This document shows, piece by piece, positions 1 to 11,373 of a stretch of 64,000 nt of DNA. The stretch covers positions 256,001 through 320,000 of the forward strand of contig OZ244653.1 in the NCBI GenBank assembly GCA_965218795.1, given 5' to 3'. The DNA is from a bacterium (GTDB lineage Bacteria > UBA8248 > JACPRG01 > G963555815). The notes below the pieces were generated by a model. The model had not been told where the DNA came from, ran no database searches, and saw only the letters and a program-made list of their open reading frames with translations. Position 1 is the first letter of the stretch, and the number at the start of each line of letters is the position of its first letter. A program made the translations under genes and the position numbers.

Positions 1-1
1 G

Positions 2-1423
2 ATCTTCGATGAGCTGTTTACCCTTCAAACCGGCCTTGCCATTCGCCGGGACCGGCGCCTCCGTTCCCTGAGGCCGATTCGGTACGAGGCGGACGGGCCC
101 CTCACCGGAGGGTTCCTGGAAGGGCTTCCTTTTTCGCTGACACCCGCGCAAAAGAGGGTGATTGGCGAGATCGCGGCCGACTTTCGCTCCTCTTCGCCCA
201 TGAACCGTCTTCTTCAGGGCGACGTGGGGAGCGGAAAGACGGTCATCGCCGTCTGGAGCGCCATGGCGGCCATCCAGAGCGGTCACCAGGCCGCCCTGTT
301 GGCGCCGACGGAGATCCTGGCCGAGCAGCACGCGGCCAATATCCGCCGCTGGACCAATCCGCTGGGGGTCTCCTCCGGCCTCCTCACCGGGGGGATGATC
401 CGGAAGGAGCGGGAGTCGCTTCTGGCCCGGGTGGCCGACGGCACGGTCGGTCTCTTGGTCGGGACGCACGCGCTGATACAGGAGGAGGTCCGGTTCCAAT
501 CCCTGGCCCTTGCTATCGCGGACGAGCAGCACCGTTTCGGGGTCCTTCAGCGTTCGGCGCTTCGGGAAAAAGGTAAAGAAACCGACGCCCTGATCATGAC
601 GGCCACGCCCATCCCCCGAAGCCTGTCGCTCACTCTGTATGGGGATCTTGATTTGTCCGTTTTGGACGAGATGCCTCCGGGGCGGGTTCCCATCGAGACG
701 CGGGTTTCGGTTGGGGGAGGGGCGGAGGAAGAATGGGAGCTGCTCCTTCGCGAGTTGAGAGGAGGGCGGCAGGGGTATTTCGTATATCCGCTGGTGGAGG
801 AAACCGAGCGCTCGGATATGGAAGCGGCCGTCGAGTCGGCGGACAGGCTGTGCAAGCAGCTTGATCCCCTTCGCGTCGGGCTCCTTCACGGGCGGATGAA
901 GGGGGAGGAGAAAGAGGCCGTCATGGACCGCTTCCGTCATCGTGAAATTGACCTGCTGGTCACGACGATCGTTGTGGAAGTCGGGGTGGACGTCCCCAAC
1001 GCCACGGTGATGTGGGTCGAGCACGCGGATCGGTACGGCCTGGCCCAGCTTCACCAGTTGCGGGGAAGAGTCGGGCGGGGGAGCCGGAAGTCCTATTGCA
1101 TCCTTCGGGCCGCGCCGCCGTTGACCGATGGGGCGGAAGCGCGGCTGTCCGTCATGGCCGAGACGAACGACGGTTTCGTCGTGGCCGACCGCGACCTGGA
1201 GATTCGCGGGGCCGGCGAGGTTTTCGGGATCCGGCAGGCCGGGGCCCCCGACCTGCGGTTCATCCGTCTTCTCCGTCACACGGGCCTGCTCTTCCAGGCG
1301 CGCGAGGACGCTTTCCGGCTCGTGGAATCCGATCCGGGGCTTTCCCGTTCAGAGCACCGGGAATTGAAAGACTGGGTCAGGAAGCGGTGGGGCGAACGGC
1401 TGGACCTGGCCGCCGTGGGGTAG
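2..1423 (+). CDS. recG: ATP-dependent DNA helicase RecG (5'-truncated by window edge)
   Basis: Frame is open from base 2 (IFDELFTLQ...); motifs RLLQGDVGSGKT, DEQHRFG, MTATPIPR, QLHQLRGRVGRG. Confidence 0.96.
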   Translation: MFDELFTLQTGLAIRRDRRLRSLRPIRYEADGPLTGGFLEGLPFSLTPAQKRVIGEIAADFRSSSPMNRLLQGDVGSGKTVIAVWSAMAAIQSGHQAALLAPTEILAEQHAANIRRWTNPLGVSSGLLTGGMIRKERESLLARVADGTVGLLVGTHALIQEEVRFQSLALAIADEQHRFGVLQRSALREKGKETDALIMTATPIPRSLSLTLYGDLDLSVLDEMPPGRVPIETRVSVGGGAEEEWELLLRELRGGRQGYFVYPLVEETERSDMEAAVESADRLCKQLDPLRVGLLHGRMKGEEKEAVMDRFRHREIDLLVTTIVVEVGVDVPNATVMWVEHADRYGLAQLHQLRGRVGRGSRKSYCILRAAPPLTDGAEARLSVMAETNDGFVVADRDLEIRGAGEVFGIRQAGAPDLRFIRLLRHTGLLFQAREDAFRLVESDPGLSRSEHRELKDWVRKRWGERLDLAAVG

Positions 1424-1465
1424 TGGGGTAAGCCGCAGGCCGACTGGCTGGGCTTTCCGGAAGCG

Positions 1466-2542
1466 TTATTTTTTAAGGACGATCTTGATCCGCTGGCCGG
1501 CCTTCAGCGGGGTGTTGTCATCGAAATCGTTGAGGAGGGCGAGCTCAAGGGAGAAGTTCTGGTTGCCGAGGAATTGTTCCGAGATGTCGCGAAGAGTTTC
1601 TCCCCCGCGCGTCCGATAGACCCGGATGCGCATACCTTCCTCGCGCTCACCGTAAATCAGCCCGGAGAGGTGACCCTTGTAGCGAGCTGCGTTCACCCTT
1701 AAATTCTTGTGTTTCCGGGCGAGCGTGTGTGACAACTCGTCCAGCTTGAGGAGGCGCAGCGTGGTGCCGGGATGAGACGCTCCGAAGCCGTGATAGCCAA
1801 TGCCGCGGAGGCGCTCCAGCTGACGGAGGCGCCGCATGAATTTGGCGGCTTCCTGAGGGTCGTACCCTGCCTTGGTGGCATAATACAGCCCCTTTTCGTC
1901 GGCCTCGAACTCAAAATCGCGCCCGTGTCCGTTGAGGATGTTGGCCGTGATGGCCTGTGTTATCGTAATGGCGGGCCCGATGACTCCCGTCCCCGCGGCT
2001 GCTCCGACACCCGCGGCCGCGATGGTTAGGATCTGAGCGCCCAGTGCCTTCGTCATTTGCCGCGCGCCATGCCGCTGGGTGACGTGCGCGATCTCATGCC
2101 CCAGGACGCCGGCCAGTTCGGCCTCGCTGTTCAGCGCGGCCAGCATTCCGCGAGTGATATAGATATACCCCCCCGGCAGGGCCAGCGCATTCTCCTGATG
2201 AACGTCGATCACCTTGAAATGATAGGTATAGGCTTTTCGGTTGACCATCGCCGCGATTTTTTTGCCGATCCTCTCGACGTACTGCTGCAGGAACGGGTCG
2301 GGATAGTAGCCCATCTGCTTGAGGATGAACGGGTCGTACTTTTTACCGATGGACCGCTCGGTTTTGGCGCTGATCACGGAGATGCCCTGGGCCGAGCTCG
2401 ATTCAGGATGCCCGATTCCTGCAGCAGTCAGGGCGAAAAGGCAGACAAAGACCTTGAGCTCCGCGGCATATCCAATGCGAGCCGCCGATTTCATGGAAAA
2501 CCGGAATTTCTCGGCAATGGTTGTCAATTTTCTTCCACTCAT
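1466..2542 (-). CDS. M48 family zinc metalloprotease with probable C-terminal LysM-like domain
   Basis: NALALPGGYIYITRG, HEIAH zinc motif, EFEADE, SHP; hydrophobic N-terminal segment; C-terminal RVYRTRGGETLRDIS...LKAGQRIKI; start uncertain. Confidence 0.85.
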   Translation of the reverse strand: MSGRKLTTIAEKFRFSMKSAARIGYAAELKVFVCLFALTAAGIGHPESSSAQGISVISAKTERSIGKKYDPFILKQMGYYPDPFLQQYVERIGKKIAAMVNRKAYTYHFKVIDVHQENALALPGGYIYITRGMLAALNSEAELAGVLGHEIAHVTQRHGARQMTKALGAQILTIAAAGVGAAAGTGVIGPAITITQAITANILNGHGRDFEFEADEKGLYYATKAGYDPQEAAKFMRRLRQLERLRGIGYHGFGASHPGTTLRLLKLDELSHTLARKHKNLRVNAARYKGHLSGLIYGEREEGMRIRVYRTRGGETLRDISEQFLGNQNFSLELALLNDFDDNTPLKAGQRIKIVLKK

Positions 2543-3094
2543 TCAGGGACTTGCGTTATGCGATAACCGGAATTTCGCACAACTACGATTCCATTAAACA
2601 TAACCCTTCAGGCGTTCCCTGGCGAGAAAAATCAACGATTCGTCAACCGCGATAAATCCGAAGGGCTCATCTCGATTGACGTGCATTTTCTTCAGGTATC
2701 GGTGAGGACCTGGATTTTCCTGTCTATCAACGGACGAGGGAAAAGGCCCGGTGCGCGCTGCTGCTGAATCGGGGACAGCGATACACTGATAAAGATCAAA
2801 CACGTGGTTACGTCCGCATTGGGTGAAGATTCTATACGAAGCGCAGCTATCTCGCCAACTACGAAGAATACCGAGAGCGGAATTTCTCGAAATTTCTGTC
2901 GGACGAGAGCGTCCCGAATGGTTCCGGGAATTCATCCTTCATTATGGCCGATAAGGGGGAATAGGGACGAATTCGATCACCCCCACCCGACACCCGTTTA
3001 CGCTTCGTTCAATCCTGCTGGTTTCTGATCGCGCCAACCCATCGCCAAAGCCGGAAATCCGTTTGAATTCGTTGACTTCACGCAGCTGAAGCCG

Positions 3095-3103
3095 TGCTAT
3101 AAT
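3095..3103 (+). promoter_or_regulatory. Extended -10 promoter element (TGnTATAAT) upstream of the aquaporin gene
   Basis: TGCTATAAT is a perfect extended -10, about 165 bp upstream of the ATG. Confidence 0.45.
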
Positions 3104-3268
3104 GCCGTCCGGCTTTGAACAGAGCCGCTCGAAATTGTTATGGCTCCCCTGCCTTTGTACCCCGGAGAAACCAGTTTGACTTTTCCCGCCCGGGTCTGAG
3201 TGCGCCCCGGCGGAAAGGTGTGTTTGCTTTCGAGTTGCGGGGACCGGACGAAAGGAGGAAGAGGGGTT

Positions 3269-3949
3269 ATGGGGGAAGATGCCAAGGCCTATCTGGCGGA
3301 GGCGATCGGAACGTTTGGCCTGTGCTTCATCGGGGCAGGGGCGATCATCACCAATCAGATGACCGGCGGGGCCGTCGGGTTGATCGGGATCGCGCTGGCC
3401 CACGGGATCGTTCTGGCGGTGATGGTTTCCGCGCTGGGACATGTATCCGGCGCCCACGTCAATCCGGCGGTGACCATCGGCCTCCTGGTCGGGGGCAAAA
3501 TTTCCGGCGGCAAGGCGGTCGGGTACATCATTTCACAGTTGGTTGGAGGCACTATCGCCGGTCTGCTTCTTCGGGCGATCTATCCGGTATCGGTGTGGGC
3601 TCCGGTCAACCTGGGGACTCCCGGCCTGGGGGAAGGCGTGAGCGCAGGGACGGGGGTTCTGGTCGAGATCATCCTGACTTTCTTCCTGGTGACCGCGGTC
3701 TACGGCACGGCCGTCGATGAGAAGGCGCCGAAAATCGGCGGGTTCGGGATCGGGCTGGTGCTGGTATTCGATATCCTCATGGGGGGGCCGTTGACCGGGG
3801 CGTCGATGAATCCGGCCAGGACGTTCGGTCCCGCCGTGGCATCCGGGTTTTGGGACGCCCACTGGGTCTACTGGGTCGGGCCGATCGCCGGAGGAATCCT
3901 CGCGGCCATCGCCTACAAGCTGTGCTCGGGGGGAAGTTCTTCCGACTGA
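3269..3949 (+). CDS. MIP/aquaporin family channel
   Basis: Two NPA boxes ([23 protein letters not shown]); six hydrophobic segments; purine-rich RBS before ATG 3269. Confidence 0.95.
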   Translation: MGEDAKAYLAEAIGTFGLCFIGAGAIITNQMTGGAVGLIGIALAHGIVLAVMVSALGHVSGAHVNPAVTIGLLVGGKISGGKAVGYIISQLVGGTIAGLLLRAIYPVSVWAPVNLGTPGLGEGVSAGTGVLVEIILTFFLVTAVYGTAVDEKAPKIGGFGIGLVLVFDILMGGPLTGASMNPARTFGPAVASGFWDAHWVYWVGPIAGGILAAIAYKLCSGGSSSD

Positions 3950-3974
3950 CACTGAGCCGAACGCATCGAAAGAA

Positions 3975-4006
3975 CAAAGGCGGGGCCTTCCGAGGCCTCG
4001 CTTTTG
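3975..4006 (+). terminator. Rho-independent terminator-like hairpin
   Basis: AAAGGCGGGGCC-ttccga-GGCCTCGCTTTT directly after the aquaporin gene. Confidence 0.6.
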
Positions 4007-4031
4007 CATTGTGGACCCCGCCGCCTATACT
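4004..4031 (+). promoter_or_regulatory. Putative sigma70 promoter for uvrA
   Basis: TTGCAT-16 nt-TATACT, about 50 bp upstream of the uvrA start. Confidence 0.45.
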
Positions 4032-4081
4032 GAAAGGTTATTCTGCCGTCTGCTTGAACCGTCAAGGGGAACCTGGGGCCA

Positions 4082-6931
4082 ATGGCTGAGCGAAAGATCG
4101 TCATCAAGGGCGCCCGCGAGCACAATCTGAAGAACATCCACGCGGAGATTCCCAGGGACAAGCTCATCGTCATCACGGGGATCAGCGGTTCCGGGAAGTC
4201 CTCCCTGGCGTTCGACACCCTCTATGCGGAGGGGCAGCGGCGGTACGTGGAGTCCCTGTCCGCCTACGCCCGGCAGTTCCTGGAGCAGATGGACAAGCCG
4301 GACGTGGATTCGATTGAGGGCCTCTCCCCGGCCATTTCCATTGAGCAGAAGACGACCGGCAAGAACCCCCGATCCACCGTCGGGACGGTCACCGAAATCT
4401 ACGACCACATGCGTCTGCTCTACGCACGCGCGGGCCGGCCGCATTGTCCCCAGTGCGGCAAGCCCATCGCCTCTCAGACCATCCAGCAGATGGTCGATCA
4501 GGCGCTCACGTTCCCGATCGAGACGCGCGTGCAGATTCTCGCGCCCATCGTCCGGGGCCGGAAGGGAGAGTATCGGAAGGAGCTGGCGGACATCGCCCGG
4601 CGGGGATTTGTGCGGGCGCGGGTGGACGGGCGGATCGTGGATCTGTCCGAGCGCGTCGAGCTGAAAAAAAGCCTCACGCACGATATCGAGGTGGTCGTCG
4701 ATCGCCTGACCCTTCGAAAGGGCGCGGAGAGCCGCCTGGCCGATTCTCTTGAAACGGCCCTCCGCCTCACGGACGGTCTCGCCATTCTCTGGGTGGATGA
4801 AGGGGAGGAGATCCTTTTCAGCGAGAAGTTTGCCTGCCCCGATTGCGGGATCGGTTTTCCCGATCTGGCCCCGCGCATGTTCTCTTTCAACAGTCCCTAC
4901 GGTGCGTGCGAGGCGTGCAACGGTCTCGGGTACCAGCCCAACGTCGACCCGGACCTGGTGGTTCCGGACAAATCCCTCTCCCTGCGGGCGGGAGCCGTCC
5001 GGCCGTGGTCGGAGAAAATGTCTTCCAGTTACTTCCGGGTGCTGGAGACGCTGGCGAAGCATTACAAGGCCGACTTGGACCTACCGTTTGAGAAGCTGAC
5101 GAAACGGTTTCAGAAAATTCTCATGGAAGGCTCGGGGGCGGAGGAGATATGGTTTCGGCAGGAATTCGGCGGACGCCGGCAGAAGTTCCGCGGCCCTTTC
5201 GAGGGCGTGGTCCCCCTGCTGGAGCGTCGCTATCAAGAGACGACGTCGCCCGACGTCCGGCAGGAGATAGAATCCTACATGTCCCTCCAGCCGTGCGCGG
5301 CCTGCGGGGGCCAACGGCTCAAGCCGGAAAGCCGGGCCGTCCTGATCGACGGCAAGGGGATCGGCGAGGTCACGGCACAGTCGGTCAAGCGGGCGAAGCA
5401 ATTCTTCAAAAACCTTCTCCTGTCCCCGAATGAAATGGAGATCGGCGAGCGAATCCTGCGCGAAATTGCGGACAGGCTGGAGTTTCTCTCCCGCGTGGGC
5501 CTGGATTACCTCACGCTCGACCGGCGGGCGGCCACGCTGGCCGGCGGGGAGGCGCAGCGGATCCGCCTGGCCACGCAGGTGGGAGCCAGCCTCGTGGGCG
5601 TGCTGTACATCCTGGACGAGCCCAGCATCGGCCTCCACCAGAGAGACAACCGGCGTCTCCTCGATACCCTCACGCGCCTGCGGGATCTGGGAAACACCGT
5701 CGTCGTGGTCGAGCATGACGAGGAGACCATCCGGTCGGCGGACTTTGTTCTGGACCTGGGGCCCGGCGCGGGACTTGACGGCGGCTATGTCGTTGCCCAG
5801 GGGTCCCCGCCGGAAGTCATGGCGAACCCTCAATCACTGACAGGTCAGTACCTTTCCGGCGTTCGGTCGATCCCCGTTCCGGGTTTTCGGAGGATCCGCG
5901 ACGGCCGGACCGTCTCCGTGATGGGCGCGTCCGAAAACAATCTGCAAAACATCGAAGTGCACTTTCCCCTGGGGGTTTTCACATGCGTAACCGGTGTATC
6001 CGGATCGGGGAAGAGCACGCTGGTCACTGAGATTCTCTACAAGGCCCTCGCCCAGAAACTTTACCGGAGTACGGACCGCCCGGGGGCGCACCGGGAGATC
6101 CGGGGCATCGAGCACATCGACAAGGTCATTGACATCGATCAGTCGCCCATCGGCCGCACGCCGAGAAGCAACCCCGCCACGTACACGGGCGTTTTTACCT
6201 TTATCCGGGAAATGTTCGCACAGGTCCCCGAGGCCCGGAAGCGCGCGTACAAGCCGGGGCGCTTCAGCTTCAACCTCAAGGGCGGACGCTGCGAGGCGTG
6301 CCAGGGGGACGGCCTCATCCGCGTGGAGATGCACTTCCTGCCGGACTTGTATGTTTCCTGCCAGGTGTGCAAGGGGCGCCGCTTCAACCGGGAGACGCTC
6401 GAAGTGCGCTACAAGGGACATTCGATCGCGGACGTTCTGGACATGACGGTCGATCAGGCGCTCGAATTTTTCGAAAACGTCCCGAACGCCCGCAACAAGC
6501 TTCAAACCCTGGCCGACGTGGGTCTGGGGTACGTGCGGCTCGGGCAGTCGGCGACCACCCTGTCAGGCGGCGAGGCCCAGCGGGTCAAGCTCTCCAAGGA
6601 GCTGAGCAAGCGCGCCACCGGCCGGACGCTCTATATCCTGGATGAGCCGACGACCGGTCTTCATTTCGCGGATGTGCAGAAACTGCTCGACGTCCTCCAC
6701 CGGCTGACCGATACCGGCAACACGATCATCGTCATCGAGCACAACCTGGAAGTCGTCAAGACGGCGGATTACATCATCGACCTGGGGCCGGAGGGGGGAG
6801 ATGACGGCGGCAGGGTCGTGGCCGAGGGAACGCCGGAAGAGGTGACGGGCATCTCCGAATCCGAGACCGGAAAGTTCCTGAACAATATCCTCAACACGTC
6901 CGCCAGGCTGGTTTCTCTCAAAGGCGCCTGA
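4082..6931 (+). CDS. uvrA: Excinuclease ABC subunit A
   Basis: [10 protein letters not shown], two Walker A motifs ([18 protein letters not shown]), Zn-finger CxxC pairs, LSGGEAQR. Confidence 0.99.
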   Translation: MAERKIVIKGAREHNLKNIHAEIPRDKLIVITGISGSGKSSLAFDTLYAEGQRRYVESLSAYARQFLEQMDKPDVDSIEGLSPAISIEQKTTGKNPRSTVGTVTEIYDHMRLLYARAGRPHCPQCGKPIASQTIQQMVDQALTFPIETRVQILAPIVRGRKGEYRKELADIARRGFVRARVDGRIVDLSERVELKKSLTHDIEVVVDRLTLRKGAESRLADSLETALRLTDGLAILWVDEGEEILFSEKFACPDCGIGFPDLAPRMFSFNSPYGACEACNGLGYQPNVDPDLVVPDKSLSLRAGAVRPWSEKMSSSYFRVLETLAKHYKADLDLPFEKLTKRFQKILMEGSGAEEIWFRQEFGGRRQKFRGPFEGVVPLLERRYQETTSPDVRQEIESYMSLQPCAACGGQRLKPESRAVLIDGKGIGEVTAQSVKRAKQFFKNLLLSPNEMEIGERILREIADRLEFLSRVGLDYLTLDRRAATLAGGEAQRIRLATQVGASLVGVLYILDEPSIGLHQRDNRRLLDTLTRLRDLGNTVVVVEHDEETIRSADFVLDLGPGAGLDGGYVVAQGSPPEVMANPQSLTGQYLSGVRSIPVPGFRRIRDGRTVSVMGASENNLQNIEVHFPLGVFTCVTGVSGSGKSTLVTEILYKALAQKLYRSTDRPGAHREIRGIEHIDKVIDIDQSPIGRTPRSNPATYTGVFTFIREMFAQVPEARKRAYKPGRFSFNLKGGRCEACQGDGLIRVEMHFLPDLYVSCQVCKGRRFNRETLEVRYKGHSIADVLDMTVDQALEFFENVPNARNKLQTLADVGLGYVRLGQSATTLSGGEAQRVKLSKELSKRATGRTLYILDEPTTGLHFADVQKLLDVLHRLTDTGNTIIVIEHNLEVVKTADYIIDLGPEGGDDGGRVVAEGTPEEVTGISESETGKFLNNILNTSARLVSLKGA

Positions 6932-6994
6932 CTCATCGGCCTCGCTGTAACTATCGTGTTCAATTCCGCCGGTTCACACAACGACGAATCATCC

Positions 6995-7162
6995 GGGCGG
7001 GTACGGAACCCACCCCTACGGCTGAACCGCGTCTTTCTCAAGTAGGAACCGGCTTCAAACTCACCCGCGTCTGCCTTCATGAAAAATCGGGCCGGGACGG
7101 TGGCCGGCCCCTACAGCGATAAAAACTCTGGTCTGCCGTAGAACGGTCTTCCCCGTCCCCTC
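6995..7162. repeat. Cluster of GTAG-type REP-like palindromes
   Basis: On the minus strand GTAGGGGTGGGTTCCGTACCCGCCC (6995-7019) and GTAGGGGCCGGCCACCGTCCCGGCCC (7089-7114); degenerate plus-strand GTAG copies at 7042 and 7138. Confidence 0.65.
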
Positions 7163-7371
7163 CCTCGGGCGACTCCGCTCCAGACCATGTAATGCCAAGA
7201 TACAAAGGGCCGTTCTTCAGTCGGAGGCTCTCCGTCTCGGCCCGCTTGTGGCATCGAGAAGCTTGAGACGTTTGGCTTGAGACAACGCTTCCGGTTGCCT
7301 CATCTGATTGACGCAAATGAGAGCTGAATGATCCAAACCAGCCGGACATCTTTCCTTGCGAGCGGTCCTGG

Positions 7372-8306
7372 TTAGACGCCAACCGGCTTGAGGCGGCCCA
7401 TTTCCTCCAGGGCCTTGCGGAGGGCTTCGCAGTCCTTCTCGGGCGGCGGCAGGCAGGGGGACCGGACCAGGGCGTTGGGGATGCGTCCCAGAAGACGGGT
7501 GGCCTCTTTGTAGCGCTGGTGCATGTAGTAGAACGGGTCGGACGCGATGATCTTCGCCACCGGACGGATGCTTTCCGCGGCCTCCAGCACACGCGCCGTG
7601 TCCCCCGCCTTAGCCGCTTCGAACATCTCGACGATTTCCTCGGCAACGAAGTTGGGAAATCCTGTGACGCCCCCGTCGGCTCCAACGAGATTCAGAAGAT
7701 GGACCACCCGCCCGCTCGCCGGAAGGATGGCGACGTGCCGGTCCAATTGTCGAAGGGCCTCGCCGTCTCGCATGTAGCGGGGCACATCGGTGCCGTGCGC
7801 CATCTTGATGCCGACAATGTTCTCGTTCTCGCGGACGAGCTGCATCAGCGTCTCGTGCGTGTAGGAGTGCCGGGATCCCGTGTAGTACTGGAAGACGATC
7901 AGGGGCATATCCACGGCTGCGCAGATCTCCTTCCAAAAGGCGATGGCCACCTCCGGGCTGCGTGCCAGGCGTAAATCGGAGGCGGGCAGAGCATGATGGC
8001 TTCGGCTCCGGCATCCCCGGCCTGGTTGATCAGACCAATCGCCTCCGCCGCCCCGTAGGCCTCGACCATGGACATCACGGGGAGATTCCCCTTGACCTCG
8101 TCCCGGACCGTGCGGATCACGTGAACCCTTTCCTCCGGTGTCATCGCCGACCCTTCACCCGCGTGGGCGTTGCAGATGATGCCGGTGATCCCCTCCACGC
8201 TCAAGAAGTACCGCGTCAGCTCCCGGACGGCGTCCTCATCGATTTCGAGGTCGGGGGTGAAAGGCGTGACGGGGGTGACAATCACACCTGAGGGTTGAAA
8301 GGACAT
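7372..8306 (-). pseudogene. DHDPS/class I aldolase family protein split by a frameshift near 7960
   Basis: N-terminal half (PVTPF, NAHAGEG, MLCPP) in ORF 7899-8306; C-terminal half (PEVAIAFW, FQYY, GIKMA) in ORF 7372-7950. Confidence 0.85.
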
Positions 8307-8648
8307 GTCGGCCTCCCTTTTTCACTCCGCTTGAATTCTCTCGCGGACAAGACCGCAGGCAGGTTCGCAATGGGCCGAAATCACGTCAACCAAGTTCATG
8401 TTTCAATGCTCTAGAGCCTGAAGGAACATACAGATTCAAGGGAAACCGTAGACTCGCGCTTTATCTGAATCACTGTTGATTGGCAACCCTATATTTGCTA
8501 ACCTGAATTTTACTAAAGACAATTGAATCTGGACGGAGCGGCCTCGCATCCGGGGACGGGTGGATCGATTTCTCGAGGTCTTATCGCCCCGGTGAGAAGT
8601 GGGTGGATTCGGAATTCCGATCCGGCCCCAATCGATGGGAGGGAATCG

Positions 8649-9740
8649 ATGGAAACCTCGGGAATTTCCACGGAATCGGAGAAAACCACCTGGGAGGGCC
8701 GGCTCGAGGATTACCCCCTGGAAAACTACCCGGATTACGTCCCCGGCAAGCCGCCCCGGACCGAAGTCCTCGAAGAATTCAGCTATCTGGATGAGCTTCC
8801 CAGAATCTGGGGGAAGCGGTGGGGAAGCCAGGGTATCGGCCGGCTTCGAGAAGTCGCTCTGGCGCGTCCCAGCGAGCACGAGACGAACCCACTCTGGGCC
8901 AAGGACCCTTCCTTCTTCCTCCTCCGCCACTCGTCAAAAGTGGATTTGGATCTGCTCTGCGCCCACCACGAAGCCTATGCCCAGACCTTGCGGGACTGCG
9001 GGGTCGAAGTTCACATGCTCGAGTTCGAGGATGTCATGGGGGCGTACGGCCCCATGCGCAAGCTGTTCATCGCCGGCGACATCCGCGTGGTTCGGGGCGG
9101 GGCGATCCAGTCCAGGTTCGGTCACGGCTCGTTCAAGCGCGGGATTGAGCGGGAGATGCAGCGGTTCCTGGCCCAAATCGGGTGCCCGATTGTCTACACG
9201 GTCTGCGGCAACGGCATTTTCGAAGCCGGGGAGCTCTACAACGTGGCGGAGGACGTCATGATGACCATGCTCTCCAACTCGGCCAACCGGGAGGGTCTGG
9301 AGCAGGTCCGGTTCGTCCTGGAGCGGTGCGGCGTGAAGGAGATGCACGTGGCCCACGCAACGACCCTCATGGACTCCTTCGAGTCGGGCGGCGAATTCCA
9401 TATCGACATGTTCTTCGGCGTCATCGACCTTCGGAAGGCCATCATCTTTCCCAACCAGCTCGATTACGAGACGTACAAATGGCTGCGCTCCAAACGGTTC
9501 GAGCTTATCGAGATACCGGCCGACGAGCAGAAGGCGTACGCCCCGGCCAACCTCGTTCTGGTGGAGCCGGGGAAGGTCATCATGCCCAAGGGCGCGGTCG
9601 AGACCATCCGGCGTGTGGAGCGGGCGGGCGTGGAGGTGATCCCCATTGAAACGGAGGGGATTCAGCACGGCGGGGTGAACGGGATCAGCTGCATCACCGG
9701 CCAGCTCCTTCGCGACCCGGGCCCCGGCCTGGAGGATTGA
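8649..9740 (+). CDS. Amidinotransferase/DDAH/arginine deiminase (pentein) superfamily enzyme
   Basis: GRLREVALARP, HIDMFF (His-Asp), terminal GISCIT nucleophile Cys; GGGAGG RBS before ATG 8649. Confidence 0.85.
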   Translation: METSGISTESEKTTWEGRLEDYPLENYPDYVPGKPPRTEVLEEFSYLDELPRIWGKRWGSQGIGRLREVALARPSEHETNPLWAKDPSFFLLRHSSKVDLDLLCAHHEAYAQTLRDCGVEVHMLEFEDVMGAYGPMRKLFIAGDIRVVRGGAIQSRFGHGSFKRGIEREMQRFLAQIGCPIVYTVCGNGIFEAGELYNVAEDVMMTMLSNSANREGLEQVRFVLERCGVKEMHVAHATTLMDSFESGGEFHIDMFFGVIDLRKAIIFPNQLDYETYKWLRSKRFELIEIPADEQKAYAPANLVLVEPGKVIMPKGAVETIRRVERAGVEVIPIETEGIQHGGVNGISCITGQLLRDPGPGLED

Positions 9741-9796
9741 TGGCGTACAGGCGTTATACGATCTGAATCCTGACAACCGGCTTCGAGGAGGGTGAC

Positions 9797-10483
9797 GTGT
9801 ACGACTGGAGTTTCAACGTCGTCTGGGAATTTCGAATAATCTACCTGCATGGCGCTCTCATCACCGTGGGGCTCAGCCTGTATTCGCTCGTCTTCTCGAT
9901 GGTCCTGGGCCTGTTCGTGGGGATCGCCAGACAGAGCAAACACAAAGCGCTTTCGTATCCCGCCTCCTGGTACGTGGAACTCCTGCGGGATACGCCTCTT
10001 CTGGTTCAGATCGTCTGGATTTTTTATTGCTTCCCGATTCTCACCGCCTACGTGACCCCGGGCGATGAGGGGATCAAGCTCACGGCTTTCTGGTCGTGCG
10101 TCCTGGCGATCTCGATCCAGATGTCGGCCTACGTGGCGGAGATCTTCCGGGCGGGGATCGTCTCCATCGGCAAAGGACAGGTGGACGCCGCCAAGGTGTT
10201 GGGGATGAGCTATGCTCACATCATGCGTCGAATCGTTCTGCCGCAGGCCTTTCGCCGCATGCTTCCGCCGCTGGTCAACAACTTCGCCGACATCCTGAAG
10301 CTCACCTCGCTGGCCTCCGTGATCGGGGTCTATGAGCTTCTGCACTCGGTCGACAACGTCATCATGAACAACTTTCGTCCCCTGGAGATGTATACTGTTT
10401 TGGCGCTCGTCTATTTCGTCTTGATCTTCCCCGTGGCCTTTGGGGCCCGGCGGGCGGAGGTCTACTTCGCCCGGAGGCTGTAA
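9797..10483 (+). CDS. Polar amino-acid ABC transporter permease (HisQ/GlnP-like)
   Basis: YVELLRDTPLLVQI, AYVAEIFRAGI, EAA-type loop GQVDAAKVLGMS. Confidence 0.95.
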   Translation: MYDWSFNVVWEFRIIYLHGALITVGLSLYSLVFSMVLGLFVGIARQSKHKALSYPASWYVELLRDTPLLVQIVWIFYCFPILTAYVTPGDEGIKLTAFWSCVLAISIQMSAYVAEIFRAGIVSIGKGQVDAAKVLGMSYAHIMRRIVLPQAFRRMLPPLVNNFADILKLTSLASVIGVYELLHSVDNVIMNNFRPLEMYTVLALVYFVLIFPVAFGARRAEVYFARRL

Positions 10484-10486
10484 CCG

Positions 10487-11269
10487 ATGGCAGCGGGTGA
10501 ATCCGTCGTCCGGGTGGAGGGCCTTCACAAACAGTTCGGGACGCTCGAAGTCCTTCGCGGCGTCCATCTGAATGTGGCGCGGGGGGAGGTGCTCTGCATC
10601 ATCGGGCCTTCCGGCTCCGGGAAGAGCACCCTTCTTCGGTGCCTCGCCTACCTGGAGGAGGACTTCGGCGGGAGGATTTACCTGGAGGGTGACCTCCTCG
10701 GACGGGTCGAGCGGAACGGCCGCATGGAACGGGTCAAGGGGGCCGCTCTGCGGCGGGTTCAGGCCAAGGTCGGGATGGTCTTTCAGCAGTTCAATCTTTG
10801 GCCGCACCGGTCCGTCCTGGGAAACATCATTGAAAGCCTGGTGATCGTCAAGAGGCTCCCCCGGTCCGAGGCCGAGAAGATCGCCGATGAGCTGCTGGAG
10901 AAGGAGGGTCTGAGCGACAAGCGGGAGGAGTTTCCTTCCCGCCTGTCCGGCGGCCAGCAGCAGCGTGTGGCCATCGCCCGGGCCTTGGCCATGCGCCCGC
11001 AGATCATGCTCTTCGATGAGGTCACGTCGGCGCTGGACCCCGAACTGGTCAACGAGGTTCTCTACGTGATGAAACAACTGGCGGAAGAGGGAATGACCAT
11101 GCTGGTGGTGACCCATGAAATGGGATTCGCCTCCAAGGTGGCCGACCGGGTCGTTTTCATGGATGAGGGCGTTATCGTCGAAGAAGGGCCGCCGGAAAAG
11201 ATTCTGAGGAGTCCGAGCGAGCGGCGGACGCGGGAGTTCCTCTCGCTCGTCGCACACGAGGAATTCTGA
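10487..11269 (+). CDS. Polar amino-acid ABC transporter ATPase (GlnQ-like)
   Basis: [43 protein letters not shown]. Confidence 0.96.
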   Translation: MAAGESVVRVEGLHKQFGTLEVLRGVHLNVARGEVLCIIGPSGSGKSTLLRCLAYLEEDFGGRIYLEGDLLGRVERNGRMERVKGAALRRVQAKVGMVFQQFNLWPHRSVLGNIIESLVIVKRLPRSEAEKIADELLEKEGLSDKREEFPSRLSGGQQQRVAIARALAMRPQIMLFDEVTSALDPELVNEVLYVMKQLAEEGMTMLVVTHEMGFASKVADRVVFMDEGVIVEEGPPEKILRSPSERRTREFLSLVAHEEF

Positions 11270-11373
11270 TGGATTCGCAGGCCAGACTGTCCTCCTTTTC
11301 TCTTCGATGAGGGGGATGCAGTGCTGGGGGGAATATCCGGACGAGGGTCCGCAGTCAAAGAAGGAGGAAAGTC

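Noticed and set aside
7950-7970. Programmed ribosomal frameshift in the DHDPS-like gene
   Set aside because: No slippery heptamer or stimulatory signal; a simple indel is more parsimonious.
8480-8500. TGGCA...TTGC as a sigma54 promoter
   Set aside because: GG-to-GC spacing is 13 nt, not the required 10.
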